IMG/VR virus record: IMGVR_UViG_3300010384_000001
DNA from: a virus
Strand: one strand, 5' to 3'
Length of the DNA stretch: 64,000 nucleotides
The notes beneath the pieces are model-generated. The model searched no databases. It worked only from the letters and a program-made list of their open reading frames with translations, and was not told the origin of the DNA. Made by a program: the position numbers and the translations under genes. Positions within the stretch are counted from its first letter, which is position 1, and each line of letters begins with the position of its first letter. This document shows, piece after piece, positions 37,289 through 46,993 of the stretch.

Positions 37289-40200
37289 ATGTCTCTTAAT
37301 GACACCATCAATCAGGGCATAACTGATTTTGGTTTATTACATCAAATTGTGCACGGTGATCAGTCGCAATCGGTTACTACTGACGGCGGTCCTGTTGCGA
37401 CTGTAGCGAATGTTGTCAATGGCATCTTAGGTCGCGTGTTGGGTGCTTTAACCGCCACGAGTACGACCAGTGTTACGATTGATTCAAACGACAAAGTTTT
37501 CTCAATCACGACTGGTAAGGCATTTCAGATCGGTCAACATGTTGTCGCAGTACATGACGTAGATAACTCGATTACTGGTACGGTGGTCAGCTACGTTGGC
37601 GCCACCCTTACCATTCGTCCGGCTACCATCAAAGGTACGGGAACGTTTGATTCCTGGAACATTGTCTTTACCGGTGCGGCTGGCCCGCAAGGTGATCAAG
37701 GTAATCCGGGTGACGATGGTTTACCTGGCAAGAGCGCTTATGAAATTGCACAAGCGTCTGGTTTTGCTGGTGGTCAAAATGAATGGCTTGCTTCCCTGAC
37801 GGGCCCTAGAGGTTCGAGTGCATATGAAGTTGCGCAAGCAGCTGGCTACACTGGCAGTCTGCAGAACTGGCTGACTTCGTTAGTTGGTGCTAAAGGGAAT
37901 GACGGCCGCAGCGCATACGAGCTGGCTCAAGACACTGGCTTTACCGGCACTGTGACGGAATGGATCACCAGTCTGCACGGCGGTAAAGGTGATCCTGGCG
38001 TCGCTGGTAAGAGCGCTTACCAATCGGCACTTAGCTCCGGTTTCACTGGTTCCGAACAAGACTGGGTCGTTAGCCTGAAAGGTACTCCTGGTAATGATGG
38101 TGCGGACGGTAAATCTGCTTATGAATTAGCAGTTGCAAACGCTGGCTATCAAGGCACGTTGCAAGATTGGCTGGGTACTCTCAAAGGTCAAGATGGTACA
38201 AGTATCATCATTAAAGGTCAGCTGGCTGACTCTGCTTCTTTACCGGCTGATGATCCGGTTGGTAGCGCCTATGTGGTGAATGGTGACGTCTGGATCAAAG
38301 GTGATAGTGGTTGGTTTGACGGCGGTCCCTTCTTAGGTATTCCGGGTGCAGCTGGTCGTTCGGCTTATCAGATTGCACTTGACAACGGCTTTACTGGTAC
38401 TGAACAAGATTGGCTGACTAGTCTTCAAGGCGCACCAGGCAATCCAGGTGGTCCTGGTCCGGCAGGTAAGAGCGCCTACCAAGTCGCTGTTGACAATGGT
38501 TTCAATGGCACCGCTATTGATTTTATCAATAGCCTGAAAGGTGAGAAAGGTGATCCTGGTACGGCTGGAACGGGCGGCGGCGGCATCACTGCTGCCGAAA
38601 TCATCTTTGCAGATTCTTCGACCATCACGCCGACCTCGCTCGACGGTAGCTTAGGTGGCGTATTTACGATCACCCTTACCTCCGACCTGGCGATTCCGCT
38701 GATTGTTAATCCGGTGTCCGGTCAGACCTATTTGATCGCCCTGATGCAAAATCAGTCGGGTAATCACAAAGTCACGCTGGATAAGAAATACAAGTTCTCC
38801 AATAACGTTGCGCCTGTGCCTTCGACGTCTGGTTCGGCGATCGACTTGCTGCGTGCAACCTATTCGAGTACCGGCTTCTTCTTCTGCGAATATGTTAATG
38901 GTTACACCATCACGTCCATTGCGCGGATTGGTTCTACTCCGTACGATTCTGTTCAGTTAGCTGCCAGCGCTGTCCAAGACGGACAAACAATTTACATTAC
39001 CCGTTCGGGTCAGATGTCGGAATGTACCGGTTACTTCCTGAACGATGTGAATTTCACTGTTGCGGGCGATCCGGCAGTTACGGGTGTGCCAACCCTGAAA
39101 GTCGATAGTACGGTTCACCTGGCATTCTCCAAGGCTATTCTTGACCCAGAAGCTGGTACTGTAACGATTCGTGACCTGGCCTTAACGGGTGCAGCCGATT
39201 CCGATTTGAGTGGTGCTGCTATCCGTAATAACCCGGATACTCGCCACCTGCGCCTGGAACGCTTAACCATCACGCAATGTCAAGATGGCGTGCTGACCTC
39301 GGCACCGAGTTCTGCCAACCTGGCTGCAGTTGGTAACGGCTACACGATGGAAATCGTGGATTGTAACTTCGATAAGAACGGTTCTGGTTACGACGGTCAA
39401 TCGCACAACATCTATCTCGGTCACGGCCACCGCACTTACGTGCTGCGTTCGAGGTTCACCAACTCGCAACACGGTCACGATTTCAAGACACGTGCTTCTT
39501 ACTTAGTACTGGATCGTACCTACCACAAAGGTGCGATGGAAGCGCGAGAACTGGACGTTCCTAACGGTGGTGTGATTCACGCCGTGAACAGCTACTTCAT
39601 TAAGGTTGCGGGTACGACCCAGGGTAACTTGATCGGTATTGGTCAAGAGGGTGCTAGTAATACGCCGCAGGAATACATTTTCCGTAACTGTCTGCTGGAG
39701 AACGACCAAGGTCCGAACTTCAGCGAAACGTACATCATCCAAGAAAACGCTTCAGTTCCCGTTAAGTTCGTGGACTGCGTGTTCATTGGACCGTCGCGCT
39801 GCATCATGGCGACACCGTTTGAGTTGTATTACACTGGTGGTCCAATCGGTCCAGAAGGTTGGGATCAATCGATCCGCGGTGTGATTCCGAAACGTGGTAC
39901 CTATAACACCACCGCTGGTAACGGCACGTTGCCAGATGACCAGCAACCTGTTATTGTTAATGGTCCTGATCCGACGCTGACAGCATTCCCGCCTACGGGT
40001 TCAACTGCTACTCCGTCGGTCCGTCCGGAAAACACTGGGCCTGATACAACACCTCCGGTTGTAACCTTAACGTCGTCTGCATCGACTGTTTCAGATAACG
40101 GCAACGTCACACTGACGGCAAACGCTACTGACAATATCGGTGTAACATACGTAGAGTTCTACCGAGAAACAGCGTTGATCAGCACGGTCAACACGTCGCC

Positions 40201-40786
40201 GTTTACTGATACGGTTTCGTTTACTTCGGCGGATAACGGCACGATCAACTTCCATGCCATTGCTTACGACGCTGCAGGTAACCAAACTACCAGTGCGACG
40301 ATTCAGATTACGGTGAACGTGTTACCACCGCCGACGGATTATCCGTTCTCGATGGACAGCGCCACTACGACTGAATACAACAGCGCTATTGCTAATGCGC
40401 CGGTAGGTTCGAAGCGCGCCGCTGGTGCAAATGCGATTGCTAACGGTATCAGCACGTCCTACCATCTGGACATTTATCAGGAAACTACGTTGGTGGTTAG
40501 CTTCCCGTTCACGTCGCTGATGACGGTGACGGATGATGGTACCAATGTATCGGTATCGACACCGACTCCTGAATTGACGGATCCGTTGGTTACAGCAGAT
40601 ATCACGTCTGGCACATGGCACTTTGAACTGCACGGCGGTAACAGCAATGACCGTGTGATTATGGGTAGCGTTGGTCCTACTGGCTCGGGTAAAATGATCG
40701 AGATCAGTGATAACCCTGCTCCTGGCACTGGCATGAGCGTAAGCTTCTCGATGATTGTTCCGCGTTCGGTTGATGGTTTGACCTGA
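37289..40786 (+). CDS. Tail fibre/spike: collagen-like + SAYE-repeat shaft, beta-helix (depolymerase-like) domain, Ig-like domain
   Basis: 1165 aa with an AAGGAG SD. It has G-x-y triplets interleaved with KSAYE(I/L)A..GF.G...(E/D)WL.SL.G repeats, and a beta-helix-like region (IRDLALTGAA..., GQSHNIYLGHGH...QHGHDFKTRAS). TPPVVTLTSSAS...DNIGVTYVEFY...AYDAAGN...ITV is a bacterial Ig-like signature. Confidence 0.85.
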   Translation: MSLNDTINQGITDFGLLHQIVHGDQSQSVTTDGGPVATVANVVNGILGRVLGALTATSTTSVTIDSNDKVFSITTGKAFQIGQHVVAVHDVDNSITGTVVSYVGATLTIRPATIKGTGTFDSWNIVFTGAAGPQGDQGNPGDDGLPGKSAYEIAQASGFAGGQNEWLASLTGPRGSSAYEVAQAAGYTGSLQNWLTSLVGAKGNDGRSAYELAQDTGFTGTVTEWITSLHGGKGDPGVAGKSAYQSALSSGFTGSEQDWVVSLKGTPGNDGADGKSAYELAVANAGYQGTLQDWLGTLKGQDGTSIIIKGQLADSASLPADDPVGSAYVVNGDVWIKGDSGWFDGGPFLGIPGAAGRSAYQIALDNGFTGTEQDWLTSLQGAPGNPGGPGPAGKSAYQVAVDNGFNGTAIDFINSLKGEKGDPGTAGTGGGGITAAEIIFADSSTITPTSLDGSLGGVFTITLTSDLAIPLIVNPVSGQTYLIALMQNQSGNHKVTLDKKYKFSNNVAPVPSTSGSAIDLLRATYSSTGFFFCEYVNGYTITSIARIGSTPYDSVQLAASAVQDGQTIYITRSGQMSECTGYFLNDVNFTVAGDPAVTGVPTLKVDSTVHLAFSKAILDPEAGTVTIRDLALTGAADSDLSGAAIRNNPDTRHLRLERLTITQCQDGVLTSAPSSANLAAVGNGYTMEIVDCNFDKNGSGYDGQSHNIYLGHGHRTYVLRSRFTNSQHGHDFKTRASYLVLDRTYHKGAMEARELDVPNGGVIHAVNSYFIKVAGTTQGNLIGIGQEGASNTPQEYIFRNCLLENDQGPNFSETYIIQENASVPVKFVDCVFIGPSRCIMATPFELYYTGGPIGPEGWDQSIRGVIPKRGTYNTTAGNGTLPDDQQPVIVNGPDPTLTAFPPTGSTATPSVRPENTGPDTTPPVVTLTSSASTVSDNGNVTLTANATDNIGVTYVEFYRETALISTVNTSPFTDTVSFTSADNGTINFHAIAYDAAGNQTTSATIQITVNVLPPPTDYPFSMDSATTTEYNSAIANAPVGSKRAAGANAIANGISTSYHLDIYQETTLVVSFPFTSLMTVTDDGTNVSVSTPTPELTDPLVTADITSGTWHFELHGGNSNDRVIMGSVGPTGSGKMIEISDNPAPGTGMSVSFSMIVPRSVDGLT
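37673..38590 (+). repeat. Collagen-like G-x-y plus SAYE-motif coding repeats
   Basis: By eye there are at least seven units of [G-x-y]n-(K/R)SAYE(I/L/V)A-x4-G(F/Y)-x-G-x4-(W)(L/I/V)-x-SL-x-G. Confidence 0.85.
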
Positions 40787-40795
40787 TTCATATCT

Positions 40796-40822
40796 CCCAT
40801 GGGGTAATTTCTACCCCATGGG
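40796..40822 (+). terminator. Stem-loop terminator
   Basis: Perfect 11-bp stem CCCATGGGGTA / TACCCCATGGG with a 5-nt loop, followed by TTT. Confidence 0.7.
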
Positions 40823-40841
40823 TTTAACTAGGGAAAAAAAC

Positions 40842-43565
40842 ATGCTTAATTTTGATTCGGATTTACAAGCTACCTTGGCGACCGCCACGAGTAAACTGGA
40901 TTGGTGTAATAAGCTGGTTGCAGCGTTGGGTTCTGGTTTGAAAATCCGTTGCAAACGCAGTGCTGATTCGTCGTCCACCACGGTATTCACTTCCGGTGCC
41001 GAGTTTTATAATGCATCGATCGTGGGCGCTCCAGTCACCAATGCTGGTTCGATTGTGAAGTTCGGTAACGTGATTAACTCTACGATCCAATCGCAAGCTG
41101 ACCTCAGTTCCGGCGCAAGCGTGCTGCGTATTGAAGGCGCAACGCACTGGATGGAAGGTACGCTGGGCCTGCCCAATAGTTCGGCCGACTTCAAAGTGCC
41201 GCAATCGCCTACCGCTAAAACTGGTATCGCCTTTAGTAATATTCAGATTGCAGCGCCGCGTGGTTTGCCGTCTGGTGTAGGTAGCGTTGCGGTGACTTCA
41301 TTGCCTGCAACCGGCACGCCTGCAACTATTGAATTGGAAAACTGGGTTAACCCCTCGAATCATTTCATGGTGAAGCGGATCTCGTTGGATACTCGAGCAC
41401 CAGACTTCGTGTACCAAGATACCGAGATGGCAACGGAGATGGGCGACATTCGTGTGACGCAGAGTTCGGAATCGATCATCTACGGTCAGTTCGAATTTGG
41501 TGTGACGATGTTCACCATCCAGGGTTCGCTCAATCTTGACAATCCCGGCACGCCGGTGCATCAGATCGTTATCGCTCACAAACCTTACGGAACCTGGCCG
41601 TCTTATCCGATGGCTGATACATTCCGTCCCGATCGTGATCGCACTCACTCCGACCCGTTCAAGATTATCGTGCGCGATGCTAACGGTACTATCTTGAAGA
41701 CGTTTGAGATGCGCGACGGTCTCGCGATCAACGACAAAACCCTCGCTCAGCGTTGGGGTCGCGGTGTTACTACACCACTGCGTCCGCACCTGCATTGTGG
41801 TCAATGGTTGTTCTGGCAGAGCGATCGTCTGAAATACAGTTCTAATGCTTCGAAATACTTCCCTGGTGTAACTTCGCAATCGTTGCGTCCGTCGCTGGCG
41901 AAGAACGGTGTGTCGTCCAACGCTAGTATTCCGCTTGAGCTTAATGCTGACCAATGGAACTCGACCCTGCAGTTCTACGCGGCACCAGAATGGGGTATTT
42001 GGTTTACCGATACATCGACTGATTCACAAGCTACGCTGGATGCAGCAGATGCGTTGGATACTTTCGAAGATCCATATCTGTTCAACACGAAGACCTATCA
42101 CGGTTATGAAGGCCATACTAGCCGTATCTCTGGTTGGAATGTCGAACCTGGTTCGATTTCGTTGCATGACTGGTTCGCCGGTCCAGGGGGTCCGCGCCAT
42201 GATCGTACTCCGCTCAATACACCGCTGGTGCGTTACTTCAGCGACCCGACCGGTCATCGTTTAAAAGGGAATGTACCTCATCGCACCATGCTTGACTGCT
42301 ACAATGCTGGATATTTCCATCACGGTCACCACATGATGCTTCCGGACGTCAAAACGTTTAAACTCTTACCAAAAGAGTTCGCGCGCGACGGCACTATCAG
42401 TTTCATGAATGCGTACTACGGTCAGGGTCCGTTCATGCCGATGAACCGTACAATTGACCTGCGCGGTCTCCAGAACGGCGGCACGCGTCCGACACCTACC
42501 CGTGACGGCCACCCTGGTTTCTGGAATTACTGGGCACTGGATGACAACCACTCCTACGTGAGTCCAGGTATGGCTGCAATCTTCTGCAATAGCCCGGCTC
42601 ATGCTGTCAGTGGCATGCTGCGACTGTATGCGCACGTGGCCGCCCAGCTTGGTAGCGCGCATCCTGAATCGACGGTTGGTACGACCTTCATGTCGCGTGT
42701 GCATGCATGGCGTATGCTTCAGCTGGCCGTTGCGTGGAAGATCGCATCGACGTCGGTGATGAGTATTGATCGTGAAACGATTGAGCAACGTTTCCAACGT
42801 GAATTGGAATCCGTTTACGATAACGTTTACGTGCCTGCGATTATTAATCAAAGTACAGATCCGACCATGATGGGTATTCGTCGTTTCGGTCAGTATACCA
42901 CGATTGAATACGGTAACAGTGCCAACGGTATGGCTGGTCTGAAATGGCTGCGTGGTTGGACCGATAGTAAGGCAGGTTACTTCAATGGCGTGCTGTCGCT
43001 GATGCGTCAAACTGGCTGCTGGGCAGCTATGCGTGCTCGTTCGAATAAGTGCGACGTTGCACTGCGTTTCCTCGTGGATTGCATGGACAAGGACAGCCTG
43101 ATGTCGTTGTATTACACCAACGGTCGTTACGAAGCCAACTTTGTTTACTCTGATCGCGTTCCCACAAGCGGTTCAGTAGCTCTCGATGCTACCAATAACC
43201 AACCGGATCCGCCGATGTATGCTGACTGGATTGAATGGGTAGCAAAGAACCCGCCTGTTGGTCAAGAAGGTATCATGACTGACGTCAACGGTAACCCCGT
43301 GATCGGCAGTATGGGTGCCACCAATGGTCTGCGTCTGCAATGGGCATTCGTTCGCCGTGATTATTTCCCGGAGATTCCGTCGCCAATGGACGGCACTACG
43401 TCGATAGTCACTGCTGTGTGTGCTAAAGCACAAGGTTGGCTGGATGCGTTTGAAGCCAAGATTAATGCTATTAGTACTCCTGCAAGCCAAGGCGGTAACG
43501 ATCTGCCGTACTACTATCCGCCGCATGGTGTTTATAAGGCTCCGAGCACCCTCGGCCCTTTCTAA
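40842..43565 (+). CDS. Large fibre-cluster protein, enzyme-like, function unknown
   Basis: The ORF opens at ATG 40818, but that ATG lies inside the terminator stem. ATG 40842 follows AGGGA by 8 nt, giving 907 aa. It contains a His cluster YFHHGHHMMLPD. Confidence 0.75.
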   Translation: MLNFDSDLQATLATATSKLDWCNKLVAALGSGLKIRCKRSADSSSTTVFTSGAEFYNASIVGAPVTNAGSIVKFGNVINSTIQSQADLSSGASVLRIEGATHWMEGTLGLPNSSADFKVPQSPTAKTGIAFSNIQIAAPRGLPSGVGSVAVTSLPATGTPATIELENWVNPSNHFMVKRISLDTRAPDFVYQDTEMATEMGDIRVTQSSESIIYGQFEFGVTMFTIQGSLNLDNPGTPVHQIVIAHKPYGTWPSYPMADTFRPDRDRTHSDPFKIIVRDANGTILKTFEMRDGLAINDKTLAQRWGRGVTTPLRPHLHCGQWLFWQSDRLKYSSNASKYFPGVTSQSLRPSLAKNGVSSNASIPLELNADQWNSTLQFYAAPEWGIWFTDTSTDSQATLDAADALDTFEDPYLFNTKTYHGYEGHTSRISGWNVEPGSISLHDWFAGPGGPRHDRTPLNTPLVRYFSDPTGHRLKGNVPHRTMLDCYNAGYFHHGHHMMLPDVKTFKLLPKEFARDGTISFMNAYYGQGPFMPMNRTIDLRGLQNGGTRPTPTRDGHPGFWNYWALDDNHSYVSPGMAAIFCNSPAHAVSGMLRLYAHVAAQLGSAHPESTVGTTFMSRVHAWRMLQLAVAWKIASTSVMSIDRETIEQRFQRELESVYDNVYVPAIINQSTDPTMMGIRRFGQYTTIEYGNSANGMAGLKWLRGWTDSKAGYFNGVLSLMRQTGCWAAMRARSNKCDVALRFLVDCMDKDSLMSLYYTNGRYEANFVYSDRVPTSGSVALDATNNQPDPPMYADWIEWVAKNPPVGQEGIMTDVNGNPVIGSMGATNGLRLQWAFVRRDYFPEIPSPMDGTTSIVTAVCAKAQGWLDAFEAKINAISTPASQGGNDLPYYYPPHGVYKAPSTLGPF

Positions 43566-43581
43566 AGAAGGATAATTAAAG

Positions 43582-46500
43582 ATGGCAACCATCATTAAGA
43601 GTATCGGTAGTGGAGCTGGTCGAGATTACGCGACCATCCAAGCATTTATCGATTCGATTCCTACTGACCTCGTTGCTGCTGGCAACGCATACGTGGGTGA
43701 AGTGTATAATGATTCAGAGATCACTAACGTTACAACCGGTAAAATCAACATTACTGGTAAGACTACGGACGTAACGCACAACATCACAATTCGTTGTGCT
43801 GCTGGCCATTCGTTCCGTGATCACGCGACTCGCGCTACAAATCCGCTGTGGTATAACCAAGCATACGGTGTAGGTATCAAGCTGGCTTTAACCAGTGGTG
43901 GTAGTACGGTCATTAACGTCACTGTCCCGTATACAGTGATTGACGGTCTTCAGTTGATGACGACTACCAACTGGTGTTACGGTGTCGTGGCTAGCGGAAC
44001 AGGCATTGTGATCCGCAACTGTATCTTTATTACGACCACGGCAGAACCGCCCACCTATGGTGCAAACGTTATTAACAGTGGCGCATTGATGCACAACTGC
44101 TTGGTGGTGGTTAACTGCACCAGCCGCGCAGGTGGTGTCAGCTTGAGTGGCGGTACTATCGAAAGCTGCACGATCGTACGTCCCACCACGTTTACCTCAG
44201 CCTACTCGGATGGTGCCGTGCTTAACTACAACACCAACGTCGCCAAGAACTGCGCGATCTTTGGTTTCCCTGTAGGTAATAACGTCAGCCAAAACTCGTT
44301 CAGTAATTCGGACTACAATGGTACTGATCGTGCTGCCGGTATATACGGCGCGCCGGGTGGTACAAACGCTACTCACAACGTTACGAGTCTGGTATACGCA
44401 GATCAGTTTGTCAGCACAACGAACGACTTCCGTCTGAAATCGGGTAGCGGTCTGATCAACGTTGGTTTTAACCTGTCCAGCACGCTGGGTTCGACCGACG
44501 TCTTGAACAACATCCGTCCGACTACGTGGGATATCGGCGCCTACGAGCTGCCAGAACCGGCAACGGCTGTGCTGCTGAGTGGTCCGGCGCAGGGTTACGT
44601 CAACCAAGCGTCTTCGAACTTTAGCGTAACTATCAATGGTTCGTCTGCTGCTGTGACGGTGACGCCGAGCGACGGCGGTAAGGGTGGTACGTTTACACCG
44701 GCATCGGTGAATCTGTCGTCGAACACCCCTTCGGCAACGTTCACTTATACGCCGGTTGTGACGGGTAACATCTCGATCAGTGTCGCCAATAACGCTAGCC
44801 TGGGCAATCCGGCTGCAGTGACGTATCTGTCGGCAGTACCTGCTACTAAATTACTGCTGACGGCTCCGACGGGACTCGGTCGTGCTGGTGTTTTAAGCCC
44901 GAACTTTACGGTGGCCACCGACGGTATGGTGTCGGGCACGATTACGGTTGTTCCTAGCGATGGCGCGGATGGTAGTTTCAATCCACCCTTCGTGACACTC
45001 AATGCTAATACCCAAAGTGCAACCTTCAGTTACGTGGGTACTAGCGCGGGCACCAAGACTATTTTGTTGACTAACAACGGTAGTCTGCAAAATGCTTCGG
45101 CACAATACACCATCAAAGCACCGATCGTGGCTGTACCGACTCCGTCAACCTCGACGCTGCAAGTGAAGTCGATCGGTACGGGTAAAGACTTCGCTACCGT
45201 CAAAGACTTCTGCACTTACGCTCGCGGGTTTGACTTGACGGCTAACGGTATGTCGCTGTTGGGTGAAGTGTATGAGAGTCAGAGTGTGTCGTCCATTGCT
45301 GACTTGAATGCAGTGAATGGTGGTAGTCTTTACACGGTAACGCTGCAGCCTGTCCCAGGGATGGATGCTAACACCCTCGATAGCGGCTATCCGTGTGATT
45401 ACGGAACAGAAGGTATTGAACTGACTGTGACTGGTGGCTGGCGTATCGGTTATGGTGCGATCGTTCAGAACTTCCGTATCAACGTCAACGGTGCTGCGTC
45501 TCTGGCAGAATCTGGTATTGGCTCCGCAACTGGTACCAATCCTGTCATTCGTCGCAATCGTATCAAAATCGCGACGACTGGTGGTGTCATTGGTTTGATT
45601 GTCGGTGAATTCGCCTGTAAAGGTACGATCACCGACAACCTGTTTATCCTGGCAGACGGCACTACGGGTGATGTACTCGGCGGCAACGGCACGCTGACGA
45701 TCTTGCGTAACACGTTCGTTCGTCGCGGTAGCGCCACTGGCGCAGCCATCAACTGCAGCAATGGTAACAACACGCTTAACCAAGACATCGTGCGTAATAA
45801 CGTGTTCTTGGGCTTTGGTGGTAACGAGCTGATTCGTAACGCATCGGGTATGGGCGCCGGTAAGGTCACCAGTAACTACGCGGATGCTGCACCGTTGGCT
45901 GCACTTACGGGTGTTACGGTGCTGACTGGTAATCTGGTCCGTGATGTAACATCTGACTTACGTCCGGATGACGCGGGTCCGCTGATTGCTGCAGCTTCCA
46001 CCGACGCTATCGACACGATTGACATGTATGGTCGCGCTCGTGGTGGTTCGCCTGACGCCGGTGCAGTGCAAGGTACTTACGTCAATACGCTGCCGAAAGT
46101 GACAGTGACGGGGCAGGATATCAACGCCCAACGCATTATCATTAGCGGCACGACGGTGTATGTTCCGACCAGCGGTACGGCAATTCTACCTGCTGCCGCT
46201 AGCAATCCTAACGGTGCTGCTCAACAGGGCCCCACTGCCGTGACGTTGACGGATGGTGGGTTCTCGGTGGAGTGGGATAACGTACCGCCAGGTAACTATG
46301 GTGCGCCGATCATCACACTGAGTAATTCAGGTGGCTACAACCGCAGTCAAACTGGCGGTGAAGCAATCAGTATCCTCGGCATTTCGGCATCGATTGTGGC
46401 AGGTGAATCCTCGCCTACCGTCGGTAATGCTCCGGTTGTGACGATCGAGAAGTGCAAGTTCGATAACACCACCCTGAGTGTCGCTGGCACTGTGGACACC

Positions 46501-46743
46501 CAAGGTGATGCGAACTGCAGCATCAAGGTGTACGTCGATCCGTTACCGTCGGGCACGTCGCTTGGACCGTATACGGCCAACATTGTTGGTACGCGTTGGT
46601 TTGTGCAAATCAAGAACATGTCGGGTAACTTCCAGGTACGTGCTGTAGGTACTGCGAATAGTCTGACTGCTCCTGCTGTAACGAGTAATCTGCTGAAGAT
46701 TCTGACACTGACAGCTAAGATCACTCTGCCAACTGGTTCTTAA
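43582..46743 (+). CDS. Tail spike-like protein with two beta-helix modules and two Ig-like repeats
   Basis: 1053 aa with an AAGGA SD. The N-terminal IKSIGSGAGRDYATIQAFIDS...VGEVYNDSE recurs as VKSIGTGKDFATVKDFCTY...LGEVYESQS around aa 520. DIGAYELP and DAGAVQGT close each module. Two ~95-aa repeats lie between them. Confidence 0.8.
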   Translation: MATIIKSIGSGAGRDYATIQAFIDSIPTDLVAAGNAYVGEVYNDSEITNVTTGKINITGKTTDVTHNITIRCAAGHSFRDHATRATNPLWYNQAYGVGIKLALTSGGSTVINVTVPYTVIDGLQLMTTTNWCYGVVASGTGIVIRNCIFITTTAEPPTYGANVINSGALMHNCLVVVNCTSRAGGVSLSGGTIESCTIVRPTTFTSAYSDGAVLNYNTNVAKNCAIFGFPVGNNVSQNSFSNSDYNGTDRAAGIYGAPGGTNATHNVTSLVYADQFVSTTNDFRLKSGSGLINVGFNLSSTLGSTDVLNNIRPTTWDIGAYELPEPATAVLLSGPAQGYVNQASSNFSVTINGSSAAVTVTPSDGGKGGTFTPASVNLSSNTPSATFTYTPVVTGNISISVANNASLGNPAAVTYLSAVPATKLLLTAPTGLGRAGVLSPNFTVATDGMVSGTITVVPSDGADGSFNPPFVTLNANTQSATFSYVGTSAGTKTILLTNNGSLQNASAQYTIKAPIVAVPTPSTSTLQVKSIGTGKDFATVKDFCTYARGFDLTANGMSLLGEVYESQSVSSIADLNAVNGGSLYTVTLQPVPGMDANTLDSGYPCDYGTEGIELTVTGGWRIGYGAIVQNFRINVNGAASLAESGIGSATGTNPVIRRNRIKIATTGGVIGLIVGEFACKGTITDNLFILADGTTGDVLGGNGTLTILRNTFVRRGSATGAAINCSNGNNTLNQDIVRNNVFLGFGGNELIRNASGMGAGKVTSNYADAAPLAALTGVTVLTGNLVRDVTSDLRPDDAGPLIAAASTDAIDTIDMYGRARGGSPDAGAVQGTYVNTLPKVTVTGQDINAQRIIISGTTVYVPTSGTAILPAAASNPNGAAQQGPTAVTLTDGGFSVEWDNVPPGNYGAPIITLSNSGGYNRSQTGGEAISILGISASIVAGESSPTVGNAPVVTIEKCKFDNTTLSVAGTVDTQGDANCSIKVYVDPLPSGTSLGPYTANIVGTRWFVQIKNMSGNFQVRAVGTANSLTAPAVTSNLLKILTLTAKITLPTGS

Positions 46744-46762
46744 TAACTAAGTAGCGACTCAT

Positions 46763-46799
46763 CCCTCTAGAACTTTCGGGTTCTAGAGGGGGAGTTTTT
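46763..46799 (+). terminator. Intrinsic terminator ending the structural block
   Basis: Perfect 11-bp stem CCCTCTAGAAC / GTTCTAGAGGG with a 6-nt loop, followed by GGAGTTTTT. Confidence 0.8.
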
Positions 46800-46993
46800 A
46801 TGACGTCTGTTCAATATGGTTCTAAACGGATTTAGACTTATATTCCATTGTTGAGATGTATCAGAGATACGTTAACAATTTAAGGAGAAACAAATAAAAA
46901 ATACCTAGCTGTACTTTCATATAGAGGTTAGACCTCTACATTGTTTCCAATATAACAACCAACAATAATTCCTGACGATTTATTTCGTGCACT
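46800..46993 (+). promoter_or_regulatory. AT-rich non-coding boundary region (probable promoter region for the auxiliary gene block)
   Basis: About 195 nt with no credible ORF. It contains an orphan SD-like TAAGGAG (~46891) with no start codon and a 7-bp hairpin TAGAGGT(tag)ACCTCTA (46922-46938). Confidence 0.4.

Noticed and set aside
40818-40841. ATG 40818 as the start of the 915-aa ORF.
   Set aside because: This ATG lies inside the right arm of the terminator stem (40812-40822) and has no SD. ATG 40842, preceded by AGGGA, is preferred.
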